A stretch of DNA of 63,286 bases, filler included, from Globobulimina sp. (Eukaryota): assembly GCA_003354225.1 (NCBI GenBank). It is 47 parts of 47 records of this genome, joined end to end, with 100 filler letters (N's around TTAATTAATTAA, not from the genome) between each part and the next. Parts side by side here need not be neighbours in the genome. Positions count along the whole stretch, not along the records: positions 1 to 1,250 come from PIVH01020125.1; positions 1,351 to 2,600 come from PIVH01020126.1; positions 2,701 to 3,950 come from PIVH01020127.1; positions 4,051 to 5,300 come from PIVH01020128.1; positions 5,401 to 6,650 come from PIVH01020129.1; positions 6,751 to 8,000 come from PIVH01020130.1; positions 8,101 to 9,350 come from PIVH01020131.1; positions 9,451 to 10,699 come from PIVH01020132.1; 39 more parts are not named here. One strand, given 5' to 3'. The notes beneath the pieces were generated by a model. It was not told the DNA's origin, ran no database searches, and worked only from the letters and a program-made list of their open reading frames with translations. Positions 1 to 12,148 of this stretch are shown one piece after another. The first letter of the stretch is position 1. Each line of letters begins with the position of its first letter. The translations under genes were made by a program, and so were the position numbers.

Positions 1-557
1 CTTTGATAATTGAAGAAAAAAAAACTTTTGTCATTTAGAAGCATAACATTTTGCTTTCGTCATGGCACTCAGCGAGTTACAAATGCAATCTCAATCCAAT
101 GCACAGTCCACAAACTCCTGCCTAGCTCAAGTAGAGCACTGGATAGATATATCCAGAAGATTCAGGTTCAAAGCCTGGAGATCGATATTCAAAACGGCCC
201 CAACAAATTATTTATTATAGGTATTTATTATGGTTTCATGGACAGATTGGAAAATAAAGGACAATTAATTGATGTAGCATTAACAATGTCGAATACTGAT
301 TGGATGGCATGTATTCACATTTATTATATCAAATCTGTTGAATCAATGAAATTATTTGGTCGAAATCCAAAAGATTATATAAATTATGGTGATTTACGGT
401 GTTCATGGCAAAGATATAAAGAAAGTTGGATAAATTCTGTAAAAAAAACAGTACCTTCAATTGAAATATTCGCAATAAGAGAAAAATTATTCAGAATAAA
501 GCATGCGTGCGGTAATCATGCACATACTCATGGTGGGGCTACAATATTTGTTCTTCA

Positions 558-1094
558 TTGGAACGGTACAGTAACAATGCAATGCGAGAAATGGAAACAA
601 ATATTAATAATTTGAGTGATGAAGAAACAGAGAGTGATGATGGTGATATTGGCCATATTGTAAGAGATAAAAAAATTGTAAGTGATGATAACGATATAAA
701 CGAGAATAAAAATAATAAAAATGCGAATAATAATAATATTAATTTCTATCAATGTTATCATTGTGGAAAAACATTGGAATCATGGAATTTTGTTATAAAT
801 CATTATTGGAACATACATAAAGATTCGAAACCATTTAAATGTTCATATTGTGATAAATCATATACATCGGGAAGTTCTTTGAAATCACATATTAATCGAA
901 TACATACAAATGATGGAAAACATAAATGTAGATTTTGTCAAAAGAGATTTGTAAACCCATCAAAATTGAAAAGCCATGAAAGGACTCATACCAAAGAAAA
1001 ACCATTTAAATGTTCACATTGCGATAAATCATTTGGCCAAAATACTACTTTAAAAGTACATATATATACTTATTATAATAAAGCCAAACTTTAA
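558..1094 (+). CDS. C2H2 zinc-finger protein (about 4 fingers; probably a 3' exon or partial gene)
   Basis: CYHC..H..H, CSYCDKSY..H..H, CRFCQKRF..HERTH and CSHCDKSF fingers with TKEKPFK/SKPFK linkers. Confidence 0.9.
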   Translation: MERYSNNAMREMETNINNLSDEETESDDGDIGHIVRDKKIVSDDNDINENKNNKNANNNNINFYQCYHCGKTLESWNFVINHYWNIHKDSKPFKCSYCDKSYTSGSSLKSHINRIHTNDGKHKCRFCQKRFVNPSKLKSHERTHTKEKPFKCSHCDKSFGQNTTLKVHIYTYYNKAKL

Positions 1095-1250
1095 AAAAGC
1101 TGAAATGCGATATCTCGGGATTTATTGGTGCTATAACATTCAAACTTTTTTATTCGGTTTCTTTGTTAAAAATGATTGTGTTTCTGCTGTGTCTTGATGG
1201 TTCAACTATTATTCGTGAACTGTAAAGTGAATTTTTTATTTTGCTGACGT

Positions 1251-1350
1251 NNNNNNNNNNNNNNNNNNNNNNNNNNNNNNNNNNNNNNNNNNNNTTAATT
1301 AATTAANNNNNNNNNNNNNNNNNNNNNNNNNNNNNNNNNNNNNNNNNNNN
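1251..1350. other. Artificial contig spacer N44-TTAATTAATTAA-N44 (first of 46 copies, about every 1.35 kb)
   Basis: Identical 100-bp spacer repeated through the window; flanked contigs shrink 1250 to 1249 to 1248 bp, i.e. length-sorted concatenation. Confidence 0.99.
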
Positions 1351-2111
1351 CTAAAACTTGTTGATGATTCGGGAAAAGATTCCAATTTTATGTTAAGTAA
1401 CTTTGAGACATTGCAGTTAAATGATGATTCATATTCCTTTTCATATTCATTATGTTTCATCCTTCCATATTCCAGGTATAAACCAACAATGTTATCATTG
1501 GAATTATATATTTGATATAATGTATCATTTGCATTTATTGAAACATTAAACATATTCTTTATAAAACGAGGTTGATGCTTCGTTATCACGTTGTAATATC
1601 TGCGACTATCCTTCATTGGAAAATATAGCCACTTTTCAGTTCCTTTCTTGTGATAATTATAACTGGATAAAATTTTTGCTAATGGATCTCGAATAAAGTG
1701 ATAAATAATGACATTACTTTGATTCAACCTGTTTACTGCGGACATGATGTCACTGCATTTGCAATGGCTAATTCGTTGGACAATATTATATTGACAAAGG
1801 GCATTCACTTCTTTTGCTATTTCGAGTGATAATTTAGATCCTCCTTTGTGGTGAGTGCAGATAATTATATATGATGTATTTGAGCATTTAGTTTTTGTTT
1901 TATCCGATTGTGTGTAACCAAAATGAAGCAAAGCAAGGTCAACTTCACGATAATACAATAACGAGTACTGAATTCGAATAACACCAATGTAGTATATACA
2001 CACTGCAACAATACACAACCGAAAACAGCGCATATTACATTTGATAGCAAGTATCATTTTTACAGTTTTGTAAAGTTTAATAAATAGAAAATATACATTT
2101 TTGATAAGCAA
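1351..2111 (-). CDS. Membrane-anchored sulfotransferase-family protein (3' truncated)
   Basis: N-terminal hydrophobic anchor; THHKGGS (5'-PSB-like) and HFIRDPLAKILSSYNYH (3'-PB-like) motifs. Confidence 0.75.
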
Positions 2112-2164
2112 TATACGCGATATATTACACTATTACAGCCTATGACTGCATGCGAGAGGTGACG

Positions 2165-2600
2165 TCACCACCAAGGCTGGAATGTTTGTCCATTCAACAG
2201 AAATTGCGGATGTTTCTCAAGAAACCAATACAATCTTTGATTACAATCATTGTAAAACAGTTTCAATGAGTTCCCAATAGTTAAATCCATCACTTTTTTT
2301 ATCTTTGGTGAAAAACTTTTGCCGTCGCGGGCATCAGACGCCGCTGTATAATTAAACCAATGATCACATTTTGTCAAATCAGTTTCGCCAACAGTCCAAC
2401 AATACAATTGTTGAATAACTGTGTTCTTTGCTGACTCTTTGTTATCAAAGACTTGCTCAGCTTGAATAATTTTAAACTTATCATACAATGCATATTTCTC
2501 ATAATCAGACGCAAAGAAATCATGCTGGTTCCAATATTTCCAATAATAATTCCACAAAATAACCATAGGATAATAACACGATAACATTGGATTCATATAT
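2165..2600 (-). CDS. C-terminal part of a second sulfotransferase-like protein
   Basis: FKIIQAEQVF and LKLFYNDCNQRLYWFL resemble the C-terminus of heparan-sulfate-type sulfotransferases. Confidence 0.5.
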
Positions 2601-2868
2601 NNNNNNNNNNNNNNNNNNNNNNNNNNNNNNNNNNNNNNNNNNNNTTAATTAATTAANNNNNNNNNNNNNNNNNNNNNNNNNNNNNNNNNNNNNNNNNNNN
2701 TTTTACAAAATGTTTAATGTGCAAGAATTAATTTATATACACACTCTGAATAACATACAGTACCTTTAACTGAGTGTGAATATAAATTATGTTTCCTTAA
2801 TTATTTAAGTTATATAATATCTATTTATAATTAGTGTATGTTGGCAGATAGCAAAATCGTCATTTTAT

Positions 2869-3642
2869 TTGGTGTTATTATTAAGACTTCATACTGTTTA
2901 TAAAGAATCGAAATATGCATACAATCCAAATAAATTATTGTTAATTGCTGTGTTAACAATATTAATCGGAGCAACATTATGTATTTTAACCGCAGTATTT
3001 TCATATTCGGACGGATTTAATACTTATGACTTTTGGCATATTCCTATTGTTTGTAATAATGTAGTTGACGACGTTATAATTTATTGTACGGGTTTCAATG
3101 ATGTCGTAATGAGCGTATCTTTATTAATATCATTTATTTATCCATTAAAAAAATTAATCGATACAATACCAATTGGAGATAAAAAAATGAATAGTCCATC
3201 GCGAAATGCTTCGGTAAGCAGACATGTTGCCATGTTGACATCGATCGGATTAAAATATTATAATACAACATCAACAGCGGTGGCAAGCACATTATGTGTA
3301 TTAGCAATGGTTGCGATCACTGATTCTTTTATTATTCTATCCTATGATATGTTAATTAATGCAATTTGTATTATTTTAATGACTCCGTATTATGATGATA
3401 AAAAATATTATAATCGTTTATGTTTTTGTTGTCTTTGTTGTTGTACACATTGTAAATACCGGGATATAAATAGTAAATTACGTACAATGAAAAATAGAAT
3501 AATTGAACTCAGCACATCCACTGGCACAGCACCACAAAAAGACAGCAAATGTGTTGATAGTGACTCAGTAAATATTGCATCTTCGTCAGAAAGGGATTGT
3601 GTAAGTATTGAAATGGAAATGGCCAGCAAATTCAAGAAGTGA
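2869..3642 (+). CDS. 7TM GPCR-like membrane protein (5' partial)
   Basis: Five or more hydrophobic helices; LLRL..VY, FIYPLKKL, KY, D..INA motifs; Cys-rich tail YNRLCFCC; shared with 20243-21254 and 44534-45391. Confidence 0.65.
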   Translation: MVLLLRLHTVYKESKYAYNPNKLLLIAVLTILIGATLCILTAVFSYSDGFNTYDFWHIPIVCNNVVDDVIIYCTGFNDVVMSVSLLISFIYPLKKLIDTIPIGDKKMNSPSRNASVSRHVAMLTSIGLKYYNTTSTAVASTLCVLAMVAITDSFIILSYDMLINAICIILMTPYYDDKKYYNRLCFCCLCCCTHCKYRDINSKLRTMKNRIIELSTSTGTAPQKDSKCVDSDSVNIASSSERDCVSIEMEMASKFKK

Positions 3643-4050
3643 TATCAAAAAAATTTAAATGGAAATGGCCAGTTTTTGCGTTTTTACCGTTTCTATTTTT
3701 TTTCTTTGCTCAAAGATGACTAGCTCGCTTCATAGACGACACATTTTTACCTTTATTGTATAGATTTGTCTTCTTTCATATGCTAGTCCTGGAAAATCTA
3801 TCCTTGCACTGTCGTCTATGTGGCTCTTTTCGTAAAAACGTTACCTTTTTGAATTGTACTCTGTTTGTTTGCTTTGATTTATAACTAGTTATAAAAATAT
3901 AATGTTGCTCTTGTACATCGACTTGTTTATCAATAACTAGCATCAATGTTNNNNNNNNNNNNNNNNNNNNNNNNNNNNNNNNNNNNNNNNNNNNTTAATT
4001 AATTAANNNNNNNNNNNNNNNNNNNNNNNNNNNNNNNNNNNNNNNNNNNN

Positions 4051-5300
4051 AATTCGATCCGGTATCATATCATTTTCTGCTGAAAATTTAGGCACAACTT
4101 TTTTATCTATGCTAGTTCTACACTGCCTACATATATATTTATTGTGTTTATCCTTGTGATTTTGCTCAGCTGTGTCACGCGGCAATGCTTCTTTACATAT
4201 TTCACACTGCAATATTTTTAATTTTTTTAGTGACTCAGTAAATAATTTTAAATTATGCCTAGCGAATTCAGTTTGAAGCAAATCTTCCTCAGTGTCTTCA
4301 TTTGTTATTCTATCTTCATCATCTTCGAATGTATTCAATCTTTTTTCGAGTTCAGCTAAATTTATATCTGTTTGTTTGTTATCCAAACCAGTTATTAATT
4401 TTTCTCCTTGTTCCTCGATTCTTTTGTGATCATACTGAAAGAAGAGCCTTTGTTCAGCTATAAATGTATCTTCTCTTTTTGTTAAAGGCTGTTTGATTCC
4501 AAAATCCTCAATTGTTTCTAATAAATCTTTTATTTTTTTCCCGCGTAATGTATATTCTGATATTTCGTCTTTAATTTTGTCGAGTTGTGCAAGCGTTATA
4601 ATTTTCTTATAATTTAGTTTTATAAGAAATAACAGTTGCATTTTTATTGATTCTGAACTGAAAACATCAGCTAATTGTTTGGCTTTTTTCTCTTTTAATT
4701 GTAAAACATTTCGCAGTTCATAAATTGAAAGATTTAATAACTCAAATTCATCTAATCGCCCTTTGTCGATGATGCTACCAAAATCGTCGTTTAATAATTG
4801 TAATTTAAGCACAATTATTTGTTTAAATTGAGTGCAATCAATTAATTTCGACTGTAGCATTGCAGAAGCTATGATCCTTCGTATTTTTTTTCTTTCTGTA
4901 TCATTTTGTGTTGTTAATTCTTGATGATGTTGAATTATTTTTCGTATTATTATTATTTTAATTTCATGAGCGTCCGAAGGTTGTACATCAAATGCAGTCT
5001 GCAATTGATTAACATCCATATTAATTATATCATTTGTACCAAATTTAACTAACTGTTGTTGACAATTCAAATATGTTTGTTTGTCTTGTTCAGCCAACGT
5101 ATCATTTATAAAAGCTTCAAATGTTTGTGCGTTTTTTGCTTTTTGATATCGTTCTGCTGTTTTTTTGCCCTTTTTAGTCTGCTGATATCCTTTTTTAGTG
5201 TCTTTGCCTTTATCGCTCGTGTTATATTTTTGTTTTCTGCCTTTGCCCTTGTCGCTCACATTATATTTTTGTCTTGCGTCATTGCCCTTATCGCTCGCGT
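4051..5300 (-). mobile_element. Helitron-like RepHel N-terminal region (frame open across the whole contig)
   Basis: C-terminal CEICKE...CRQC...VPKFSAENDMIP matches, from recall, the Zn-ribbon/PKFS.EN.M motif preceding DUF6570 in Helitron-like proteins; N-terminal 13-aa SDKG..RQKYN repeats. Confidence 0.6.
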
Positions 5301-5751
5301 NNNNNNNNNNNNNNNNNNNNNNNNNNNNNNNNNNNNNNNNNNNNTTAATTAATTAANNNNNNNNNNNNNNNNNNNNNNNNNNNNNNNNNNNNNNNNNNNN
5401 TTTGACAAATAATATTTCATTCAGTTCTTGCAAGTCGCCTTCATGCCTTCTTATTAAATGGATCATATCATTCAAGTAATGGCCATACAGACTTTTAATG
5501 AAATGCAAAAAGGTCAATTTTCAACTCCGAATAACCAAACCCAGCCCAATCAAAACCAGACGAATCTGCCCAATCCAAATCATATGAAATCAATTCCAAC
5601 CACATCGTTGAAAAGAAAGCCGTTACAAAAACAGCCCAAAATAATGGCACAGCTTCGACGGTAAACGTAGCATAGACAGCTCATTATGAGTATTATGGTG
5701 GATTTGTATGAATGTGATTTCATGGCAGTTTAGCACCGCATGTAATTTCTT

Positions 5752-5814
5752 GTGATGACAGCTCACTGAGAGCATCTAATTAAAGAAGATTTGGGTTCAA
5801 ATCCCATCATCACA
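5752..5814 (+). ncRNA. Compact tRNA-like element or tRNA pseudogene followed by a T10 tract
   Basis: GTGATGA/TCATCAC acceptor stem, GCTC/GAGC D-stem, TGGG-TTCAAAT-CCCA T-arm, shrunken anticodon arm TCT-AATTAA-AGA, oligo-T at 5815-5824. Confidence 0.65.
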
Positions 5815-6047
5815 TTTTTTTTTTCATCATACTATTATGCTCATGTTTCAAACTGAATTGTCGAGAATTTGATATTTTAGGAATTAATCGATTGGCGAAT
5901 GTGATATAATATGCAAATGGTGCAACCAAAAAAGTTGATTAAAAACTGTACAATTTACAACAAAAAACAAACAGACATTAAACAACACAAAACAAAAAAA
6001 GCAAACAAAAATGTACAGTAAATAGCATATAATTATGTTTTATGATT

Positions 6048-6650
6048 TCACACAGATTCAAATGTTAAGATATCATTATAATCTCCGGCAAAATCAACTG
6101 CACTCTTTAATGAGGAGGTAAATGATGATGATTTAGTGGGTGATGCTGAATATTGATAATAAATCCAACTTTGTTTACCATCTTTTTTATTCTCCCTATC
6201 TTTCCAAACTCCATTTATTGTGCATTTCAACTTATTTTTATTTTTCAATGATGATAAATCACTCAATAATTCCAACAACGCGGAAAATGAAAATGAATAT
6301 GATTCTTTACCCCAAGACTGCGTCGCATAAATAATAACATGTTGTAAATTTATAAACATATTCAAAATGGATTTTTTTAATAAATTTGTTTTATTATTAA
6401 TATCTTCCTCACCTTTTTTAACTGAATCAAACAATATATTTTGTAAAACCTTTGGAGTATTAACATAAATCCAACTTAAATTAATGGTAATTGTTTTTTT
6501 CTGTAAACAAAACATATGAAATGTATCTAAAACATAAGAATCACAATTAATATTTTTACAATTTATTCCCATTTCATATTCTATCAATGATGACATTATC
6601 CCACAATCTGTTTTATTTAATGACTTCTTCAAACCACTTAAGGACACTCC
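6048..6650 (-). CDS. Hypothetical protein, C-terminal part
   Basis: About 200-codon open frame to the contig edge; no recognisable motif. Confidence 0.55.
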   Translation of the reverse strand, partial: GVSLSGLKKSLNKTDCGIMSSLIEYEMGINCKNINCDSYVLDTFHMFCLQKKTITINLSWIYVNTPKVLQNILFDSVKKGEEDINNKTNLLKKSILNMFINLQHVIIYATQSWGKESYSFSFSALLELLSDLSSLKNKNKLKCTINGVWKDRENKKDGKQSWIYYQYSASPTKSSSFTSSLKSAVDFAGDYNDILTFESV

Positions 6651-8100
6651 NNNNNNNNNNNNNNNNNNNNNNNNNNNNNNNNNNNNNNNNNNNNTTAATT
6701 AATTAANNNNNNNNNNNNNNNNNNNNNNNNNNNNNNNNNNNNNNNNNNNNTGGCGAAGGAAGATGGAATATCAGCAACACTCCGAGACAGAGACAGAGCA
6801 TTCCTTGGCAACCAACAATGGCCGGCGATGGAGCTGTACTCAACGACCAAGGATGCAACCAAGTATTTGGTGGCTACGATGAAGGACAAGCTCCAATCAT
6901 CGATGTTGGCAGTATCACATTTGACTTTTTAGGCTTAAAGTTCTAAACACTTCTCTTGTAGTGGACAAACATTCTGTTTAAATAAGTGACATTCACAAAA
7001 GCAAACATTCACAATTAAACTAGTGCAGAGATTAATTGCTTCAAACATACAAACAAGCCAACTATGTATATCAACATCGAAATCTCCCTCTGCGTTGGAA
7101 GAGGACCTTAATCAAACTGGCGCAAGCACCAGTTTTATGCGGTATTTTAACGGGCATAGCACCATAAATAACCCTAAATTCCATTGACTTCGAAAAACTT
7201 CAGTGCAAGGATAACACATCTCATTCAATTAGAAAAGATTTCTAAAGAAGAGAGTATCCCTACATGTGGTAAATATACATACACCACACAATTCCTTAAC
7301 AACTTCGTATCAAACAAATCCACCCATAGTACACGCCAAAAATTCAAAACTAATTGGACCTAATATAACAAACATAATGCAATCTGAATAAAACACGTTG
7401 CGCAAAACGAGACCATGGAGTGTCTCTCCAGTTACAATCCGCCATCATTTCAGCAGCTAACTAATGATAAAATAATAAATGACAAAGATGACGTGTTGTC
7501 GGCCACCTAATGTAAAATCTAATGTCCCAATCACCTTATTAATATGTAATAATTGCATTGGGCGTACTTTACGATCTAAAAATTAAACACGCCATAATTA
7601 TATTTCAATAAAAAGCTGCCAAAAATCCAACGGGTTTACTCAGCAACGACAGTTGTGCAGTTACGGTCTGCATACAACGGTTTCATTCTTCATGAAGAAT
7701 AGGATCCCAAATCAGGACCCAAAAAGTACGAGAACCAGTGACGATCACATGGTTGAAAGAGATGAAAGAGGAAGTGGAATGAAGAAGTTTTTATGTGTTT
7801 ACCACACTAGATGTTTCTTCTCATGTTTAGGCTGTGTGATGGATTGACAGCAAATTAATAGTACAGTTAAATTGAAATACAAGAAACAAATTATAAAAAA
7901 AAGTGTTAACAATTGATATACAACATCCAACATTCAAACAAAAAAGGGAAAGAAAAACGTAACAAACAACAAAAACATTTGACAACAATAAGAACAATTT
8001 NNNNNNNNNNNNNNNNNNNNNNNNNNNNNNNNNNNNNNNNNNNNTTAATTAATTAANNNNNNNNNNNNNNNNNNNNNNNNNNNNNNNNNNNNNNNNNNNN

Positions 8101-8280
8101 TACCACCCCGTCCGTTGCATTCTAACTCTGCCATATATAAATATAGCAAAACTATAAATATAAATAAAAACGATTACTACCCCCCGTTGCATTCTAACTG
8201 TGCCATATATAAATATTATAAATACAAATAGAAACGATTACCACCCCCATTGCATTCTAACTCTGCCATATATAAATACA
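8101..8280. repeat. Tandem repeat, 3 copies of about 63-74 bp
   Basis: Core TACCACCCCC..TTGCATTCTAACTCTGCCATATATAAATA repeated three times. Confidence 0.9.
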
Positions 8281-8324
8281 GAATCCGTTGAACTTGCAGC
8301 GCCTAACTAACCTGGTCCGTTTTT

Positions 8325-8670
8325 AAATAATATTTAAATATATTTAATTTATAAATAAAAGATACGAAAAAGTTCCGAAAAAGTTTTGTATTTATTAATT
8401 TTAATTCATAAATAAAAGATATATAAATATATTTAATTTAGAAATAAAAGAACCGAAAAGATCCGAAAACGTGTTATATTTATTAATTTTAATTCGAAAA
8501 TGTTTTGTATTTATTAATTTTAATTCATAAATAAAAGATATATAAATAGATTTAATTTAGAAATAAAAGAACCGGAAAGATCCGAAAATGTTTTCTATTT
8601 ATTAATTTTAATTCATAAATAAAAGGTATATAAATATATTTAATAAGAAATAAAAGATCCGAAAAATCTA
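8325..8670. repeat. AT-rich degenerate satellite (about 90-bp units)
   Basis: TTTATTAATTTTAATTCATAAATAAAAG...AAATAAAAGAACCGAAAAGATCCGAAAA repeated 3-4 times. Confidence 0.85.
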
Positions 8671-9450
8671 AACAAATAAATAATATTCCATAACTCTATT
8701 GTTCCATCAAATCGTTTGTGCCATATTTAGATTTTGGAGAGAACCCGAAATTGCAGCTACCGCTAAAACTCGCTCAGCTCAGTCTAACGAAAACCGTGCT
8801 CGCCCAGTGCACAGGCGCAGGAAGTGGAGCGTGTATAAGGAGTCGCCAACGAATAAATCAAAAAAGAACAAGAGTACGGATACAGAACGATTATGACATA
8901 TGCGAGACCAAATCGAACCGAACAGATTAGGCACAATACACAAAAATATGGCACAAAACCAACCATACAGTACGGAACTGTACAACCTTTTATCAAAAAC
9001 TGGTATCCACATGGGCGCTTTGGGAGTATACTGAACTTAATAAAAAAAGAATTAAATCGCTAACTCTCAAACTGACGATTTGTATAGAATCACACACAGA
9101 CACACTAACCGCTGATGCATGTATAAGTAGAAGAAGAAGGAAAAGATGAATGTTGTGATAATATTAATTGTTGTTTATGGCACTAAATATCATGTTCTAT
9201 GTATGTATGTGGGACTTTTCACAAAAATGTCTTATGGACAAAATGTAATATTATATTTTTCTTTACATAACATTGTGTTTATTTATTTCAGTCACAACAA
9301 AATCCATATCAACAACGAACACCTACTACAATGTCACACCCTGGAAGGGANNNNNNNNNNNNNNNNNNNNNNNNNNNNNNNNNNNNNNNNNNNNTTAATT
9401 AATTAANNNNNNNNNNNNNNNNNNNNNNNNNNNNNNNNNNNNNNNNNNNN

Positions 9451-10500
9451 TTTATTTCTTAAATCAACTAACTTTTTTAAAACAGCAAATAAAAAATTAT
9501 AATGCAAATATGATTGACGGCTATAATATTTGGCACTTGCCATCAAACAAAATATATTATTAATCATTGCCTCATTTTCATTTTTTGTATATTTTAAATC
9601 ATTTTCTAAGCAAATTTGCAATACATCCACCACGATATTTGTTACAGCATTCAATATTTCTTTATCTTTATATTTACAGCGGTCTTTCATGACCAGTTTA
9701 TAAACAACATCAATAATTTGTGAATAAACTAAATACATTTTGCTGTCACATATGCATTTCCATAATTTATTCAAATCTGAACTGCTGCGATAGGTCGTAA
9801 ACTTTAATTTGTTACTAACAATAACAAATCCTGCACAAAATACATTCCCTGCAATCTCTCTGTTCGATGTTAATAAATCAATTTGAACCGTCTTCCAATC
9901 CCTTATGATTTCAAATGTTATTTCTTTATCTGAACCTGAGATTTGTTCAATTGTTTCATTAATTGCTTGTAATAAGTTGACACATTCTGCTGACTGAGAT
10001 AATGATTTTAACTCAATTAAATCTTTACATTTTATGGCAGGAATATAGTCTGCAAAATACATTTTAAATGCATTTGATGCAATTGGGTCAGCAAAATAAG
10101 CGGATGCATTGCAAATATGAGGTAATCGATTATGTGGATAGGTTACATCCATTTTATTATGTTTCTTATAAAAAATTAAGGCAACAACTTCGTCCACAGC
10201 AAAACATAAATCATTCGATGTGATATTACAAATGTTAACGTTATTATTATTATTACTGTTATTCCATCTGTTTGAGAATTGAGTTTTAAAATAAATTATT
10301 TTCTGCAAATCCTTTGAATTAAATGATGTTTGAGAATCTCCCAATTTCGTATGTAATTTCAATGATATTTGAATATCTTCTTTTGTTTCTAATGTTTCAT
10401 TTGCAAGTTTCTGTTTTTTAGGTGGTGGTGTACTGACAGGTTGATTTAAGTCTGCATCTTTGCGATTTCTTTTGCTGGATTCACTGGTCATGACTAACAA
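9451..10500 (-). CDS. Hypothetical protein with NLS and possible BTB/POZ-like domain (3' truncated)
   Basis: PPPKKQK; LQKIIYFKTQFSNRW and ICNASAYF resemble BTB motifs. Confidence 0.5.
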
Positions 10501-10799
10501 TGGTTTTTCTTCACTTTAACTAATTTATCTTCTATTCTAAATTCTAATATTGATATGTTTTAATGCTTGGATGCGATTATTTAATTCAATAATATGTGAA
10601 AATGCTTTAATTATACATACATGTACAAGGTTAAGTATATCGTAAAATTAAAGTAGAAACAAAACGGTAATATTATATTATGAATTAATTAAAGTAGAAN
10701 NNNNNNNNNNNNNNNNNNNNNNNNNNNNNNNNNNNNNNNNNNNTTAATTAATTAANNNNNNNNNNNNNNNNNNNNNNNNNNNNNNNNNNNNNNNNNNNN

Positions 10800-12037
10800 A
10801 ATATGATCACACGCAGAATTCGCCAATAAAGCCACTTTGAATCCATAATCGATGAGTTTTTCAGACATTCCCCATTCGCCCTTGAGATGATTTTTGTCGA
10901 TGTTTGTATGGCAGCGGAATATATGCAAAAAAGATTGATCCTTATATTCAACTGCGATACAAAACTCTTTACCTTGGCCGAGAAAAATTGTTTAATATAC
11001 ATTTCATACAAAATTGTCGGCAATAAACCAGAATTGAAGCTGAATCCGCCCCATCTTACATTATCTTTGATAAAATATTGCATTTCATACCATTTTGAGT
11101 CTTTATATTCATACAAAAACGATCTATTGATCCAATTCTTTTGTTTGTACATATTCCAACAGATTACAATGGAATACTTATCATTCGGATTGAACCAGAA
11201 ATGGTCCATTGGATTCAGATCGTGTATCGTTTCTGGGCGCCAATAACGATCATAATGCCGGTAATTATGCGGATACGTATTATTTAAGCCGTTGATAGGT
11301 GCGGGACACAGTGATATGTTATGCTTTTCGTTCTTATTTTTAAAGCGTACACATTCATTGTTATGCCATTGCAGTCCAGTTTGATATTTTTCATCTACGT
11401 TTGTTTCAAAAATGTCAAAGGATTGGTCAATAAAGTCATATGTCCTAAATTCCCAATCATCTTCGACGTGGAATATCCACGGCGTAGTAACTTGTTGAAA
11501 TATTTTATCCATTGCTGCTGTTATCCGCTGGTCTCGATTAATATATTTGTTTTCGAACTCATTGTTTGCTGTTAGTACTATCTCAAAGTTTGGAAAGTAG
11601 CGATTGATTAATTCAATTGCAACATCCTTATCTCTAGAATCGTCAATCAATATTTTCTCATGAAGCGGATATTTCGAATGAGGCCAATATTTCATCAGAG
11701 ATGTTATGGTTCTGTTTAATAAATCGAGTCGACCACAACTGTTTATTACCAAAGTTATACATCTGTTTTCTGGTTTTAATGCCCATGCTAACTTTTCTCT
11801 ATATTGTTGCTGATGATTCTGTGAATTGTTCATGAATCTGAGTGTTGGCATTGTTATGTATTCCATTGGTGCACCTATAAAATCAGATGCAGTGTAGAGT
11901 ATGATGCAATACATTGATATCAGAAGACATATTGACAACAGAATATTTGCAGTATTAAAACGTGACATTTTGAAGAAATTAAATGTTAAGGATATATTCA
12001 AATAAATAACCCCCACATTTTTTTGATGACGAATCAA
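10800..12037 (-). CDS. Glycosyltransferase family 2-like type II membrane protein, with an apparent frameshift near 10985
   Basis: TM anchor; LVINSCGRLDLL.RTI.S, ILIDDS, IFHVEDDWEF, GGFSFN; expected tail GEWGMSEKLIDYGFKVALL...HI lies in another frame. Confidence 0.8.
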
Positions 12038-12148
12038 ATGGGTGGTGGNNNNNNNNNNNNNNNNNNNNNNNNNNNNNNNNNNNNNNNNNNNNTTAATTAA
12101 TTAANNNNNNNNNNNNNNNNNNNNNNNNNNNNNNNNNNNNNNNNNNNN

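Noticed and set aside
10..615. 201-aa ORF overlapping the zinc-finger ORF
   Set aside because: No motif recognised; it may be an upstream exon, but no convincing splice pair could be defined
8101..8280. Possible CRISPR array
   Set aside because: Repeats are about 45 bp and variable, the intervening parts are similar low-complexity A-rich sequence, and no cas gene is present
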